A stretch of 62,634 nt of DNA, filler included, from Nitrospinota bacterium (GTDB taxonomy: Bacteria; JAUXIQ01), in assembly GCA_030620925.1 (NCBI GenBank). It is 12 parts of 12 records of this genome, joined end to end, with 100 filler letters (N's around TTAATTAATTAA, not from the genome) between each part and the next. Parts side by side here need not be neighbours in the genome. Positions count along the whole stretch, not along the records: positions 6,433 to 14,872 come from JAUXIQ010000066.1; positions 14,973 to 17,727 come from JAUXIQ010000411.1; positions 17,828 to 21,002 come from JAUXIQ010000353.1; positions 21,103 to 32,615 come from JAUXIQ010000026.1; 8 more parts are not named here. One strand, given 5' to 3'. The notes under the pieces were generated by a model. It was not told the DNA's origin and made no database searches. It saw only the letters and a list, made by a program, of their open reading frames with translations. Positions within the stretch are counted from its first letter, which is position 1. Each line of letters opens with the position of its first letter. Positions 10,922 through 22,262 of this stretch are shown here, one piece after another. The translations under genes and the position numbers were made by a program.

Positions 10922-12025
10922 TTAAGTGCTAAAAAGGTCCTTAATTTTTTCCAGAACACCCTTTTGGGTTTCGGAAATCTGTTCGCCGCTCAACTCGGCG
11001 AATTCTTCCAGCAGTTTCCTCTGCTCCCCGCTTAGACCGGTGGGCACCTCCAGCAAGACTTTGACCAGTTGGTCACCCCGGCCGCGTCCGTTCAGCCTGG
11101 GAATACCTTTCCCCTTCATTCTGAAAATCCTGCCCGACTGGGTTCCGGGGGGTAATTTAATTCTTGAAGCGCCGTCGAGCGTGGGGATTTTCACTTCCCC
11201 CCCCAGTGCCGCCTTAACGAAGCTCACCGGTGCTTCGCAGATAACATCATCACCTTCGCGCTTGAAAATGGGGTGAGGTCGTACTTTTATAATCACCAAC
11301 AGGTCTCCGCTCTGCCCCTCGTTTACCCCGGCATCGCCTTCACCGGATAGTTTAAGCCTCGTTCCATGGGAAACTCCTGCGGGTATCTTGACCATGATCA
11401 GTTTTTCCGCTCTGACGCTGCCCTTGCCTTTACACGATTTGCAGTGTTCTTTGATGATGGTCCCCGTGCCGCGGCAGGTGCGACATTCGGCCTGGACCCC
11501 CAATAACCCGCTTCCGTATCGAACGCTCCCCCGGCCCCCGCAGGCATGACAGGTCGAGATGTGAACTCCGTCCCTGGCGCCATTTCCACCGCAGGCGGAG
11601 CAGACCTCCTGGCGCGGCACCTTAATCTTCGTCTGAGACCCGCCGGCAGCCTCCTCCAGCGATATCTCCAGACTATACTTCAGGTCGCTGCCCCGTTGAG
11701 TCGCCCCGGAGCTCGAGCGCTGCCACTCGAAGATGTCCTCGAAAATATCGCTGAAGATATCGCCGAAATCGGTTCCGTAGTTCTGATAGCCTTGGCCGGC
11801 GAACCCGCTGCGGTGGCCGAATCGATCGTACTCGGCGCGTTTATGCGGATCACTGAGGACTTCGTAAGCCTCCGCTATCTCCTTGAACTTCTCTTCAGCG
11901 GAGCGATCACCGGCATTTTTGTCGGGGTGGTACTGGTGCGCTTTTTCGCGGTAGGCCTTCTTTATGATTTCGACGGAGGCCTGTCGTGAAACCCCCAGGA
12001 CCTGGTAATAATCACATTTGTTCAA
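10922..12025 (-). CDS. dnaJ: Molecular chaperone DnaJ
   Basis: J-domain with HPD, four CxxCxGxG zinc-finger motifs, C-terminal domain. Confidence 0.97.
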   Translation of the reverse strand: MNKCDYYQVLGVSRQASVEIIKKAYREKAHQYHPDKNAGDRSAEEKFKEIAEAYEVLSDPHKRAEYDRFGHRSGFAGQGYQNYGTDFGDIFSDIFEDIFEWQRSSSGATQRGSDLKYSLEISLEEAAGGSQTKIKVPRQEVCSACGGNGARDGVHISTCHACGGRGSVRYGSGLLGVQAECRTCRGTGTIIKEHCKSCKGKGSVRAEKLIMVKIPAGVSHGTRLKLSGEGDAGVNEGQSGDLLVIIKVRPHPIFKREGDDVICEAPVSFVKAALGGEVKIPTLDGASRIKLPPGTQSGRIFRMKGKGIPRLNGRGRGDQLVKVLLEVPTGLSGEQRKLLEEFAELSGEQISETQKGVLEKIKDLFST

Positions 12026-12036
12026 ACCGAAAATCC

Positions 12037-12633
12037 TCAGCTTTCGTCCGGCCCTTCAACCGCCACTACAACCTTGGCCGGTCTTATAACTTTTCCGGAC
12101 AGGATGTATCCCTTCTGCAACTCCTGGGTGACCATGTTATGGGCATTACCTTCGGCGGGGGTGGTCATCACGGCCTCATGGTAGTTGGGATCGAACTCCT
12201 CGCCCACCGTCTGTACCTCTTCCACCCCTGCTCCATCGAGAACGTCCTTGAACTTGCTCTCGATCATTTTTATGCCTTCCAGCAACCGTTCGTCCGTAGA
12301 GTCGAGCTCGGCAGAGGCGCGGGCCCTCTCCAGGTCATCGAGCACAGCCAGAAGCTCTTTGATCAGCTCTTCATTGGCATACTTTACGAATCCGGCCTTT
12401 TCTTTTTCCAGGCGTTTCTTATAGTTCTCGAAGTCCGCCTGAAGACGAAGGAGTCTATCATAATGAGCCTGGGCTTCCTCTGTTTTTTCTTTCAGCAAAC
12501 GGGCCAATTCCCGGGGATCATCAGTGGGTATATCTTCAGCGGAGGAAGTTTCAGCGGGCTGCTTTTCCTTCTCATCCGGAGCCGCCAAAGTTTCCTTACC
12601 TTCTTCTTCCGGCCCGTTGATGGGAACTTTCAT
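12037..12633 (-). CDS. grpE: Nucleotide exchange factor GrpE
   Basis: [23 protein letters not shown]...[16 protein letters not shown]. Confidence 0.96.
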   Translation of the reverse strand: MKVPINGPEEEGKETLAAPDEKEKQPAETSSAEDIPTDDPRELARLLKEKTEEAQAHYDRLLRLQADFENYKKRLEKEKAGFVKYANEELIKELLAVLDDLERARASAELDSTDERLLEGIKMIESKFKDVLDGAGVEEVQTVGEEFDPNYHEAVMTTPAEGNAHNMVTQELQKGYILSGKVIRPAKVVVAVEGPDES

Positions 12634-12699
12634 GGATAGACCTCCGCCTGATTTGACGAGCATACTAGGAGGATTTGTTTCTAACGGACGGGGCTACCT

Positions 12700-13737
12700 T
12701 CAGGCCGAGAGCACCCTGTTCATCACCTCAGCCAAATGGTCGACAATGGCAATAACCCTGGGGTATTCCATCCTCTTGGGCCCGAACACACCCAGAGCAC
12801 CCTTATTCGTATCGCCGGATTTATAGGCGTGAACCACGAAACTGAAATCTTCCATCTCTCTGACCGGGCACTCGGAGCCTATCAGAACCCGGGTGCCTTC
12901 TTCTTTGAGACATTTATCAAGAATCTCTATGAGTTCGCTCTTATCCTCGAAAGCCTTAAAAATGTTCCTCATCTTATCCACGTCGCACACCAGCTCCGGA
13001 AAGTCGAAAATGTTCATGGTTCCGCCAACCATGAGCTCGCCCGCGGTGTCATCGTCCTCCAGGGCTTTCTGGCTCACCTCCATGGCCTTTCTGAGGAGGC
13101 TGTCATACTGTTCCTTCTCCTTGTTCATCCTCTCCAGTATCTGCTTTCGCATTTCCCTCAAGGTGAGCCCCATGAACTCGTCTTTCAGATAACGGCTCAT
13201 GGCGTCGAGTCGGTCTTGAGGGATATCCTCATCAAGCTCAACCACCCTGTTGTGATAAATAACTTCCCTGGTAATAAAAACCACCAGAACGTTCCTGGGC
13301 TTGATGCTGATGAACTGAATGCGGTCTATGGTGGCGTTGATCAAGCTGGGAAGAAGCACCATACCCGAATAGCGACAGAAGGAGGAAAGCAGGCGGGTGG
13401 TTAACTCGAAAGGGTCTGCTGAGCCCGCTTCTTCTCTATACGCCTTTTCTATCTGCTCTTTTTCCACCCCGGTGAGGGGAGGAAGCTGCCTGAGTGCGTC
13501 GACGTAAAGGCGGTATCCGTGATCGGTGGGCACCCGACCGGCGGAAGTGTGCGGCTGTGAGATGAGGCCGGTTTCCTCAAGGTCCGCCATGATATTTCTT
13601 ATGGTAGCCGGGCTGAGGTCGAATATAGACTTTTTGGAAACCGTTCTGGAGCCCACGGGCTCGGCAGTATCCATATACGTCTTAATGATTATCTTTAAGA
13701 CGTCAAATCCTCTTTCGTTAAAGGGTAGTTGCTGCAT
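12700..13737 (-). CDS. hrcA: Heat-inducible transcription repressor HrcA
   Basis: EPVGS, SPATIRNIM, PHTSAGRVPT, GPKRMEY. Confidence 0.96.
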   Translation of the reverse strand: MQQLPFNERGFDVLKIIIKTYMDTAEPVGSRTVSKKSIFDLSPATIRNIMADLEETGLISQPHTSAGRVPTDHGYRLYVDALRQLPPLTGVEKEQIEKAYREEAGSADPFELTTRLLSSFCRYSGMVLLPSLINATIDRIQFISIKPRNVLVVFITREVIYHNRVVELDEDIPQDRLDAMSRYLKDEFMGLTLREMRKQILERMNKEKEQYDSLLRKAMEVSQKALEDDDTAGELMVGGTMNIFDFPELVCDVDKMRNIFKAFEDKSELIEILDKCLKEEGTRVLIGSECPVREMEDFSFVVHAYKSGDTNKGALGVFGPKRMEYPRVIAIVDHLAEVMNRVLSA

Positions 13738-13835
13738 CCGAAATTTCCTCCTATCAAATAAGGAGGTAAAGCCTGGCTTTATGCAAAACCGACGGCAGAA
13801 ACGCGAACTTTCATACGGCTATTTTCCAATTCTTA

Positions 13836-13864
13836 AAGGTAAATGTTATACGGCCTTTTGTCAA
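13836..13864 (-). promoter_or_regulatory. Putative sigma70 promoter of the hrcA operon
   Basis: Minus strand TTGACA-N17-TACCTT. Confidence 0.5.
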
Positions 13865-13990
13865 GCTTAAAGGCTGCGGTTACAGCCCTCCCGGGACCAG
13901 ACTTCCGAAGGTGAGCTATCGCTTTATCACCGTATATGAACGACAAAATCAGCCTGCGACACGAGTAATTTCGCCGCCTGTTTCGCAGGG

Positions 13991-14050
13991 ATACTGCATC
14001 GCAGGGGCGGCCCCGCGCCGGGGGATGAAACCCGCCCCTGCTTGCAGTAT
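13991..14050. repeat. REP-like hairpin
   Basis: ATACTGCA..GCAGGGGCGG...CCGCCCCTGC.TGCAGTAT; same family as the GTAGGGGCG/CGCCCCTAC repeats elsewhere. Confidence 0.65.
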
Positions 14051-14131
14051 TACTGTTGAGCGGTTATTAATAATAGAAGCACGTAAGGCGGTAGAGCTTT
14101 TTTTCAGATTCTTGAGGAAGGGGTTACGGCT

Positions 14132-14605
14132 TTGTCAACCGAACCCAGATTCATAGCAGATGCCATGCTGGGCAAATTGGCCAAATGGCTGAGGATAATG
14201 GGCTACGATACCCTCTATTTCAAGGGTGGAGACAAAAGGGCGCTGATAAAAAAAGCGCGTGAGGAGGATAGAATAATCCTGACCAGGGATACCCGGATAA
14301 TCTCCCGGGAAAACCTGCCCCCCAACCTTTTCATTCAAAGCGATTACCCTGAGGAACAGCTCAAGGAAGTATCTCGAAATTTTAATATATTTCCCACGGG
14401 AAAAGTCCTCAGCCTCTGTTCGTCTTGTAACGTAACCATCAAACCGATAAGTAAGGAACGCGTGGAGGGTAAAGTCCCCGACTATATTTACACGGTACAT
14501 ACAAAATTTTCGGTCTGCCCCCGCTGCCGTCGTATATACTGGCCGGGCAGCCATTACAAAACGATGACGGCCCGCCTGGAGAGCCTTGCCGACGAGGGCG
14601 CCTGA
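14132..14605 (+). CDS. Mut7-C RNase domain protein (PIN-like fold with Zn ribbon)
   Basis: DAMLGKLAKWLRIMGYDT, ILTRD, CSSCN...CPRCRRIYWPGSH. Confidence 0.9.
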   Translation: MSTEPRFIADAMLGKLAKWLRIMGYDTLYFKGGDKRALIKKAREEDRIILTRDTRIISRENLPPNLFIQSDYPEEQLKEVSRNFNIFPTGKVLSLCSSCNVTIKPISKERVEGKVPDYIYTVHTKFSVCPRCRRIYWPGSHYKTMTARLESLADEGA

Positions 14606-14739
14606 TGGGGATAATTCGGGGCTGAATTAAAGTGAAAAGCTGAAACCCATGTGCTATACTTAGCGGGAATACGCTGTAAGAGGGTTCGAAGTAGCTGATA
14701 TATTCGCCAAAAATGATGTGAACATACCTTGTTAATAAT

Positions 14740-14872
14740 ATGGAGAGAGGGAAACTAATCACATTAGAAGGGGTGGAGGGCTGCGGGAAGAGCACCCAGA
14801 TGAAGCTTCTGCGCGCCGCCCTCGAGGCAGAAGGCAAAAAGGTGCTTACCACCGCCGAACCGGGCGGCTCTC
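14740..14872 (+). CDS. tmk: Thymidylate kinase, 3' truncated
   Basis: LITLEGVEGCGKSTQ...EPGG. Confidence 0.9.
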
Positions 14873-14972
14873 NNNNNNNNNNNNNNNNNNNNNNNNNNNN
14901 NNNNNNNNNNNNNNNNTTAATTAATTAANNNNNNNNNNNNNNNNNNNNNNNNNNNNNNNNNNNNNNNNNNNN
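14873..14972. other. Artificial contig linker
   Basis: N44-TTAATTAATTAA-N44. Confidence 0.98.
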
Positions 14973-16850
14973 AAGGAATACGATGTCATCGTGGTAGGAG
15001 CGGGGCACGCCGGCTGCGAGGCGGCGCTGGCCGCGGCGCGCATGGGCTGCTCAGCCCTGCTGCTCACCATGAATCTGGACAGCGTCGCCTACATGTCCTG
15101 TAACCCGGCCATCGGCGGACTGGCCAAGGGTCACCTTGTGCGGGAAATAGACGCGCTGGGCGGCCGAATGGCGAAGTGCATAGACACCGCCGGTATACAA
15201 TTCAGGGTGCTCAACCGGGGAAAAGGCCCCGCGGTGCGCGCATCCAGGGCGCAGGCGGACAAGCTCCATTATCGCCTGGAGATGCGTTCTCTTCTCGATG
15301 AGGAGGAGGGGTTGGACCTGAAGCAGGCCACGGTGGAGAGCCTTCTGGTGCCTGAAAGTAAAGGCAGTGGTTGCCCGGCGGTGGAAGGGGTGAAGACCAA
15401 TATCGGCGTGGCCTTCCGGGGCCGGACGGTCATCCTCACCACGGGCACCTTCCTCCGGGGCCTGGCCCACGTGGGCCTTGCGAGCTATCCATCGGGCCGG
15501 GGCGCCGAATCCCCAGCCCAGGGTCTCACAGCCTGCCTCGAATCGCTCGGTTTTAAGACCGGCCGCCTCAAAACGGGCACCTGCCCCCGCGTGGACGCCA
15601 GGAGCATCGACTTCAAGGCCATGGTGGAGCAGCCCGGAGACGACCCCCCTACCCCCTTCTCCTACTCCACGGAAAAAATTGACCAGCCCCAGATGCCCTG
15701 CTGGCTGACCTATACCAACCCGGACACGCATGAGATAATCCGCGGCAGCCTGGACCGCTCTCCACTGTACAGGGGAGTGATCAAGGGCGTCGGACCCCGC
15801 TACTGCCCCTCGGTGGAGGATAAGGTGGTGCGCTTCGAAGAGCGGGAACGGCATCAGATATTTATAGAGCCGGAGGGTCGCCGGACCTTCGAGACCTACG
15901 TCAACGGTCTCTCCACCAGCCTCCCCATCGACGTGCAGGTTAAGATGCTGCGCACCATTCCCGGCATGGAAAGGGCGGAAATAATGCGGCCCGGCTACGC
16001 CATCGAGTACGATTTCGTCCCCCCTACCCAGCTCAAACCCACCCTGGAGACCAGGCCGGTATCCGGCCTTTACCATGCGGGCCAGATCAACGGCACCTCG
16101 GGCTATGAGGAGGCCGCCGCGCAGGGGATCATGGCCGGGATAAACGCCGCCCTTCGGTGCAGGGGAGAGGAGGGTCTGGTGCTCGACCGGCATCAGGCTT
16201 ATATAGGAGTGCTCATCGACGACCTGGTGACCAAAGGCACCCGGGAGCCCTATCGCATGTTCACCTCCAGGGCAGAATACCGCCTCCTGTTGAGGCAGGA
16301 CAACGCCGACCTCCGGCTGAGGGAGCAGGGGCGCGCCCTGGGTCTGGTGGACGATGCAGACTATGGGCTTTATGCCGATAAACTGAGAGCCATCGAGGAG
16401 GAGTTGAGAAGGCTGGAAAGCACTCAGGTAAGACCCACCGCTGAAATCAATCGCATAATAGAGGAGCTGGGAAGCACCCCCTTAAACAAGCCTCTTTCTT
16501 TAAAGGAGCTGCTCAGGAGGCCCGAGCTCGACTATTCATCCCTCGGCAAGTTGAATGAAGGTTCACCGCTGCCGCCCGGTGAGGCGGCCGACGAAGTCGA
16601 AGCGCAGGTTAAATACGAGGGCTATATCAAGAGGCAGGAAGCAGAGGTGGAAAAACTCAAAAAACTGGAGAAGATGCGCATCCCTGAGGGGTTCGACTAT
16701 TCAGGGCTTGCCGGCCTCTCCAACGAGGTGCGGGAGAAGCTGGCGGAAGTGCAGCCCGCTTCCCTGGGGCAAGCCTCGCGCATCTCCGGCGTGACCCCCT
16801 CAGCCGTTTCAGCTCTGATGGTGCACCTCAAGAGACATCAAGGCGGATGA
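14973..16850 (+). CDS. mnmG: tRNA uridine-5-carboxymethylaminomethyl modification enzyme MnmG (GidA); first codons cut off
   Basis: [61 protein letters not shown]. Confidence 0.98.
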   Translation, partial: KEYDVIVVGAGHAGCEAALAAARMGCSALLLTMNLDSVAYMSCNPAIGGLAKGHLVREIDALGGRMAKCIDTAGIQFRVLNRGKGPAVRASRAQADKLHYRLEMRSLLDEEEGLDLKQATVESLLVPESKGSGCPAVEGVKTNIGVAFRGRTVILTTGTFLRGLAHVGLASYPSGRGAESPAQGLTACLESLGFKTGRLKTGTCPRVDARSIDFKAMVEQPGDDPPTPFSYSTEKIDQPQMPCWLTYTNPDTHEIIRGSLDRSPLYRGVIKGVGPRYCPSVEDKVVRFEERERHQIFIEPEGRRTFETYVNGLSTSLPIDVQVKMLRTIPGMERAEIMRPGYAIEYDFVPPTQLKPTLETRPVSGLYHAGQINGTSGYEEAAAQGIMAGINAALRCRGEEGLVLDRHQAYIGVLIDDLVTKGTREPYRMFTSRAEYRLLLRQDNADLRLREQGRALGLVDDADYGLYADKLRAIEEELRRLESTQVRPTAEINRIIEELGSTPLNKPLSLKELLRRPELDYSSLGKLNEGSPLPPGEAADEVEAQVKYEGYIKRQEAEVEKLKKLEKMRIPEGFDYSGLAGLSNEVREKLAEVQPASLGQASRISGVTPSAVSALMVHLKRHQGG

Positions 16851-16859
16851 ACTTATAAA

Positions 16860-17525
16860 ATGGACATCGGCTCTCTCATCCGAAAAGAATTCACGGCCTC
16901 CGGTTTCGACCTCCATCAGGAACAGTTAGACTCCCTGGCCCATTTGCTTAAAGAGCTCAAGCGCTGGAACCGCAGGATGAACCTGACCGGGCTCAAGACC
17001 GACGAGGCCATGGTCAGGGTGTTGCTGCTGGGTTCGGCCGCTTTCCTTTCAGCCCCTTCCTTCAGTGGGGGCCAGAGGATCATGGACCTCGGCTCGGGGG
17101 GCGGGTTTCCCGGCATACCTCTTAAAGTATTATCGCCGGAGTTGGAAGTGACGTTAGTGGAGGCCCGTGAGAAAAAGGTCGCATTTCTGAAACATATCGT
17201 TCGACAGCTCAAACTCGCCGATACCCTCTGCCTCCGCGCCAGAGCCGAGGAGTTGGGCGCTAGAGCCGAGATGCGGGGCCGCTTCGATGTGGTCACCGCC
17301 AGGGCCGCGGGCAAACTGGGCCCCGCGCTCTGTGCGGCGGCTCCCCTGCTCTCCGATGGCGGCCTGTTCATAACCATTAAAGGCACGGATTATGCTTCAC
17401 AGATGGAGGCCGCCGGGGAAGCCGCTTCCTGCAACGGTATGGAGTTTTTACGGGTGGTCTCCCCCCGCTGGGCGGGAGAGGAGCAGGGTATCCATCTTCT
17501 GGTTTTTAAAAAAGGACTGCTTTAA
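16860..17525 (+). CDS. rsmG: 16S rRNA m7G527 methyltransferase RsmG (GidB)
   Basis: WNRRMNLT, DLGSGGGFPG, KKVAFL, TARA; follows mnmG. Confidence 0.93.
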   Translation: MDIGSLIRKEFTASGFDLHQEQLDSLAHLLKELKRWNRRMNLTGLKTDEAMVRVLLLGSAAFLSAPSFSGGQRIMDLGSGGGFPGIPLKVLSPELEVTLVEAREKKVAFLKHIVRQLKLADTLCLRARAEELGARAEMRGRFDVVTARAAGKLGPALCAAAPLLSDGGLFITIKGTDYASQMEAAGEAASCNGMEFLRVVSPRWAGEEQGIHLLVFKKGLL

Positions 17526-17626
17526 ACATTTTCTTGAATGATCCGACCCTTTGAGATATACTGAAATTTCAATGATATTCCGACGGTGAGCCGTTGCGTT
17601 CTGAGCGTTTTAATTCCGGTGGTGGA

Positions 17627-17727
17627 ATGGGGAAGGTGGTCAGCGTTTCAAATCAGAAAGGTGGCGTAGGCAAAACGACCACCGCGGTTAACCGTGCCGC
17701 CTGCCTGGCCGCCGCCGAGCGGAAGAC
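17627..17727 (+). CDS. parA: ParA/Soj ATPase, 5' fragment
   Basis: [11 protein letters not shown] deviant Walker A; canonical mnmG-rsmG-parA order. Confidence 0.88.
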
Positions 17728-17827
17728 NNNNNNNNNNNNNNNNNNNNNNNNNNNNNNNNNNNNNNNNNNNNTTAATTAATTAANNNNNNNNNNNNNNNNN
17801 NNNNNNNNNNNNNNNNNNNNNNNNNNN
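17728..17827. other. Artificial contig linker
   Basis: N44-TTAATTAATTAA-N44. Confidence 0.98.
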
Positions 17828-20800
17828 AACGGCACTCCGGCTATACTGGCGCCATCGAGAATCGAGCTTCTGCACGGTGAGCTGGCCCTTCATATTCCCT
17901 CAAAAGACCTTTCGGTTTTACTCAAAAGCGCTAATATCATTTTCCGGCTGCAGGATGGAGTCGAGCTGGACGTATCCGTGCCCCGCGCCGAGGTCCTCTA
18001 TAAAGGTGATACGAAGGAGATCTGGGGGCTTGCGCTATCTCTGACCCTTGGAGCCGAGGGGCTGATGATCGAGAAGCTCAGCGCCACGGTGAACGGCATT
18101 GCCCTGAACATTAAGGGGAAGGTGAACGGAGGTGAAAACCGAACTCTGGCCCTGAAGGTTGAATCCAGCGGCCCGGTGGACGCTTACGGCGCCCTGTTGG
18201 GGAAGAAAATACCCCTCAAGGGCGAGGTGAAAATAGACGTTGGCATTACGGGTTCACCTGATGACCTCCAGATACAGGGGAGACTGGAATCTCCCGGAGT
18301 CCAAACATCTTCCCTGCAAATCGATAGTATATCCGCATTATTTGGATACGGGAAAGGAACTCTGAAGTTTAAGAATCTTTCTGCAAACCTGTGGAGCGGG
18401 AGCGTGGAGGGAGAGGGAAGCCTTCGCTTTTCAGGTGAGAGCGTAATTCATACCACCGGCTCCTACAAGCTGCAGGGGATCGACCTCTCGGAAGTGGAGA
18501 AAACTGCGGGACGCCCCCTGTCGGTTACCGGAAAAATCAGAGAGGCACTGATAACAATTGATGGAGACAGTTTTTCCAGAGGCCGGTTAAATATAAGCAC
18601 GGAAATAGATGCTTCGTTTGACGATTTAAGATTGACTACCTCTCATTTCTTTAAAAGTGAATCCCAGGAAAAAGGCGGGCTGTTCCTGGGCTCATCCCGC
18701 TTGAGCGGGAGCTTTACGCTGAGTCATGAAAAACTCACCATATCGAGGTTTGCCTTAAGCTCCGAAATATTGTCGGCCGCCGTTAGCGGCAGCTACGGCT
18801 TTTCCGGCCCGGTGGATATGGACTACAATGCGGAGATATTCGATCTCTACGCCTTTAAAGCCCTTCACAGACAGGAACTGGAAGGATGGGCCAGAATTGT
18901 TGGAAAAGTCCAACGGGAAGGTTATAAAGAGCCGGGCCGGGAGAAGAAATCGGTGTTTAGCGGTGAGTTTATGACCCAATCTCTGGTATGGAGAGGCCTT
19001 CCGCTGGGTGAAGCAAAGGGACGCTTTGCATACCATCGCAGATCGCTCACCCTGAAAAGTATCCAGGTCAACGGCCCCGTACTTGCGGTCAATGCAGGAG
19101 GCATCTTTCATTTTGATGAACGCTTCTCTTTCCGACTGGATGGCGATGCGAAGTCGGGCAGCGTTTCCGGACTATTGAGAAACCTGAAAAATATATTCCC
19201 CCGGGCGGAGAGGCTGGCCGCAAAGATAGACAGCCGCCTGGCCATGGACTGGAACGTAGGGTGGGATGGCGGTTTCAAGATGGAGGCTGACATCCGGTTG
19301 GATGACGGGGTCTACAATGGCGAGCGCTTCAATACAATTACGTCGTTGAGCCTGGATGGGAAGGGGGTTCAGTTTAACCGGGCTGAGGGGGGGTTCGGCG
19401 GAGGAGAAATAGAGCTTCACGGCGCTGTGAATTACGGGGGGGGAATAAGTCTCTCGCTCTCGGGGAAGGGTGTTGAGCTGGATAAGTTGGGGTTCCTGAA
19501 GGTGCCGGTTAAAGGGGCGGTCGACTTCACGGCCGACCTGGGGGGCTCACTGAAAAAGCTTAAACTGCGCGGTTTCGGGCGCGTTGAAGAGCTGAGTTAC
19601 AGAGATGCCGAACTGCCCGACATATCATATAAATTCAAGAAGGATAAGAAAGGGTTATCGATAGAAGCGGCGGATGATGAGGGCACGATAGTCTTTCAGG
19701 GGCGGTTTGATTCTTTCGGTGAAAAAAAATATCGGCTGAGCTACCGGCTCAATGATTTTCGAATTACCCCTTTGCTTTCCTCTCTGGCCCGGCTGCCGAG
19801 CCTTTCGGGGTGGATGAGCGCCACCGGCCGGGCCGAAGGACAAACCGGCCAAACCGCCTCCACATTCCTGAACGTGAGCCGCCTGAAATTAGCGGGAGCC
19901 GGGTTTTCTTGGGAAAACCGCTCGCCCATGTTGTTCAACCTGGCGGAGGGTCGCTTGAAAGTGCAGCCTTTTCAGATGGAGGGCGGAGAATCACTCTTTG
20001 AGGTCGGGGGTGAGATTTCAATGGCCGGAGAACTCGATTTCCTTTTACGCGGGAAGGTCGATCTGAAGCTGATTAATTACTTGAGACCACAACTGGGACA
20101 ATTCTCAGGCATTGCAGAAGTCAATGCCAATCTCAAAGGCCGCATAAAGAACCCGCTGTTGCTGGGCAGGGCCAGGGTGGAAGGAGCGAGCTTCAAACAC
20201 CCTTCAATGTGCTCGCCTCTGAAGCTGGAGTATGCTTCCATAGACTTCAACGAAAGAGAGGTCCACATAGAAGAGCTGAAAGCCGGTTACAGGGAGGGGG
20301 ATATAAGTGGGCGTGGCAGGCTGATTATGGGTGGAGGCGATGAGAGCCTTCAGTTTGAGTTGACCTTCCATAACCTTTCCGAGAATTTGAGCTGCTTTAC
20401 CGCTCTGCCCTCCGGACCGGTGGTAAGAGTAAACGGTTATGCATCGATCCAGGGGGACTACAAGAAACCAGGCGAGACCACTCTGCAGTTACGCCTTTTA
20501 TCGGCGTCTATCTCCTCCGAGAAGCTTGCTGTTAAGTTAAGGGAAGAAGCCGAGATAAGTATGGAGAATGGTGAGATCAGCGTTCCACCCATGAGGTTTT
20601 CCTCAATTCTGGGTGATTTTACCGTAGGGGGTTTGGTGAAAATCGATGGCGAGCTCGATCTCACCGTAGAAGGGAGTTCACCCATTGAACCGCTTTTGAA
20701 GCTTTCCGGGAAGAAGTTGAGCGCTTTACTTCTATCCGTTGATGGGGCATTGGATTACCGGTTACTCATAGGGGGTAGAATACTCGACCCTGAAATTCGC

Positions 20801-21002
20801 GGACGGGCGTCTTTTGTAATTAACAATGCGTTTTTGAGGGATCTCGAACCCCCCATTACTGGATTGAGAGGCACTTTTCTCTTTTCACCGCTAAAAGTGG
20901 AGCTTGTAAACTTTGAAGGCAAGTTTGGAGAAGGGGATATTTCCGGTAATGGGATGCTGGAGCTCGATGGGCTGTCACTAAAGTCCGCCGACGTAGCAGT
21001 GG
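17828..21002 (+). CDS. AsmA/TamB-like large beta-rich envelope protein, internal fragment (both ends missing)
   Basis: Whole contig is one open frame of over 1050 codons of amphipathic beta strands with repeated GxxxxPxxxG turns (GRIKNPLLLG, GRILDPEIRG). Confidence 0.75.
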
Positions 21003-21102
21003 NNNNNNNNNNNNNNNNNNNNNNNNNNNNNNNNNNNNNNNNNNNNTTAATTAATTAANNNNNNNNNNNNNNNNNNNNNNNNNNNNNNNNNNNNNNNNNN
21101 NN
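21003..21102. other. Artificial contig linker
   Basis: N44-TTAATTAATTAA-N44. Confidence 0.98.
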
Positions 21103-21304
21103 CGGTCTTATACTTCTGCATAGTCGGTTTTGAAAAATTGTCCGCCGCGGGTGCGCGGAGGGGCTCCCGCTTGAAATTTCCCCTCTCTGCGTTCTGTATG
21201 GCTCAGGGGGCGGGCTTGGCTCGTGTGGAGTTTTCCGCTTGTCAGTTTACCTGTATATAAGTAAGCAGTTAGAACCGGCGGGTATAGGATTATTCATGAA
21301 GTCC

Positions 21305-21853
21305 TTATCGGCGCCGCCTGATCGTTCCCAACCGTTTCTCAAGCAGTTGGATGCGCTCCTGCTGGAGATTGACCATGTTTCTCAGGACTTCGATAGTCTC
21401 CTCTAGCTCCTTTATCCGATAGCGCTCAAGAGTCGCGGCGCCGGCGGTTCCGGCTTTTTCGGCTCTCTGGGATTGGATTGTCCCCAACCGCTCTTCTATT
21501 TGCTGATTACGTTCCTGTTGGAGATTGACCGTTTTTCTCAGGGCCTCGATAGTCTTCTCCATTTCGTTTAACCGGTAGCGCTCGATTTGCAAGGCGGCAG
21601 CCGTTTCGGTTTTCTTTTCTTTCTTCTTACGCTTGGCGACGGTGATTTTAGCCTTTTCTTTGCGGCTCTTCCTCTTCTTTTTTACTTTTTTAACCTTTTC
21701 TTTTTTCTTGGCCGGCTTTTCAGCGGGCGGCTCGACGGTCTTGGCGGTTTCCACGTGCCCGATTCTATATTGTTTGACGGAGGTCTCACCGAAACATCCC
21801 GCCAGCATAAGGGAGATTATAATTGGGAAAGCAATTAACAATTTACGAATCAT
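21305..21853 (-). CDS. Hypothetical lipoprotein with Lys-rich linker and duplicated coiled coil
   Basis: Lipobox LAGC, poly-Lys stretch, two ERYR...VNLQQER...RLGTI repeats; GGAGG RBS. Confidence 0.75.
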   Translation of the reverse strand: MIRKLLIAFPIIISLMLAGCFGETSVKQYRIGHVETAKTVEPPAEKPAKKKEKVKKVKKKRKSRKEKAKITVAKRKKKEKKTETAAALQIERYRLNEMEKTIEALRKTVNLQQERNQQIEERLGTIQSQRAEKAGTAGAATLERYRIKELEETIEVLRNMVNLQQERIQLLEKRLGTIRRRR

Positions 21854-21902
21854 ATTCCAGCAACCTCCATAGATTTACAATAATCAGGGCGGTTGAAATC
21901 TA

Positions 21903-22133
21903 TTATTCGCTTTCTATAGCGTCGTAGTAGCAATATTGAGTGCACACCCCGCAGCCGTCGCAATCTTCGGTGAAGCCCACCTCGTATCTTTCAGATTTAT
22001 CTATTCTCTCGATAGATAGGAAAGATTTTGAGGGGCTGAATTCTGATGTCTTGGTAAAAGAACACGCCAGCTGGCACATGAGGCAACCTGTACAATTTTC
22101 TGATCGCGCTGTCATTTGGCCGGTGGACGCCAT
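21903..22133 (-). CDS. Small 2x[4Fe-4S] ferredoxin-like protein
   Basis: CTGCLMCQLAC and CDGCGVCTQYC. Confidence 0.85.
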   Translation of the reverse strand: MASTGQMTARSENCTGCLMCQLACSFTKTSEFSPSKSFLSIERIDKSERYEVGFTEDCDGCGVCTQYCYYDAIESE

Positions 22134-22180
22134 TTTAAGTCCCTCATATAGAGTTATCGGCAATTTGACCTTCAATTTTA

Positions 22181-22210
22181 GTTATAATTATTATAATTGT
22201 TATAATTATA
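22181..22210. repeat. Three 9-bp tandem repeats (RTTATAATT) upstream of the ferredoxin gene
   Basis: gTTATAATT aTTATAATT gTTATAATT ata. Confidence 0.6.
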
Positions 22211-22262
22211 AAGTATGGAGTGCAATTTTTGTCAATTATTATTTGTGCTATGTGCAGCGGGT

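Noticed and set aside
15051-16193. Long antisense ORFs (also 33890-34921, 45721-46578, 57376-58323)
   Set aside because: Shadow frames of well-supported genes, expected with GC-rich codon usage
17627-17727. Arg in ParA TTAVNRAA where Leu is usual
   Set aside because: Single change near a contig end; cannot be told from a base-call error
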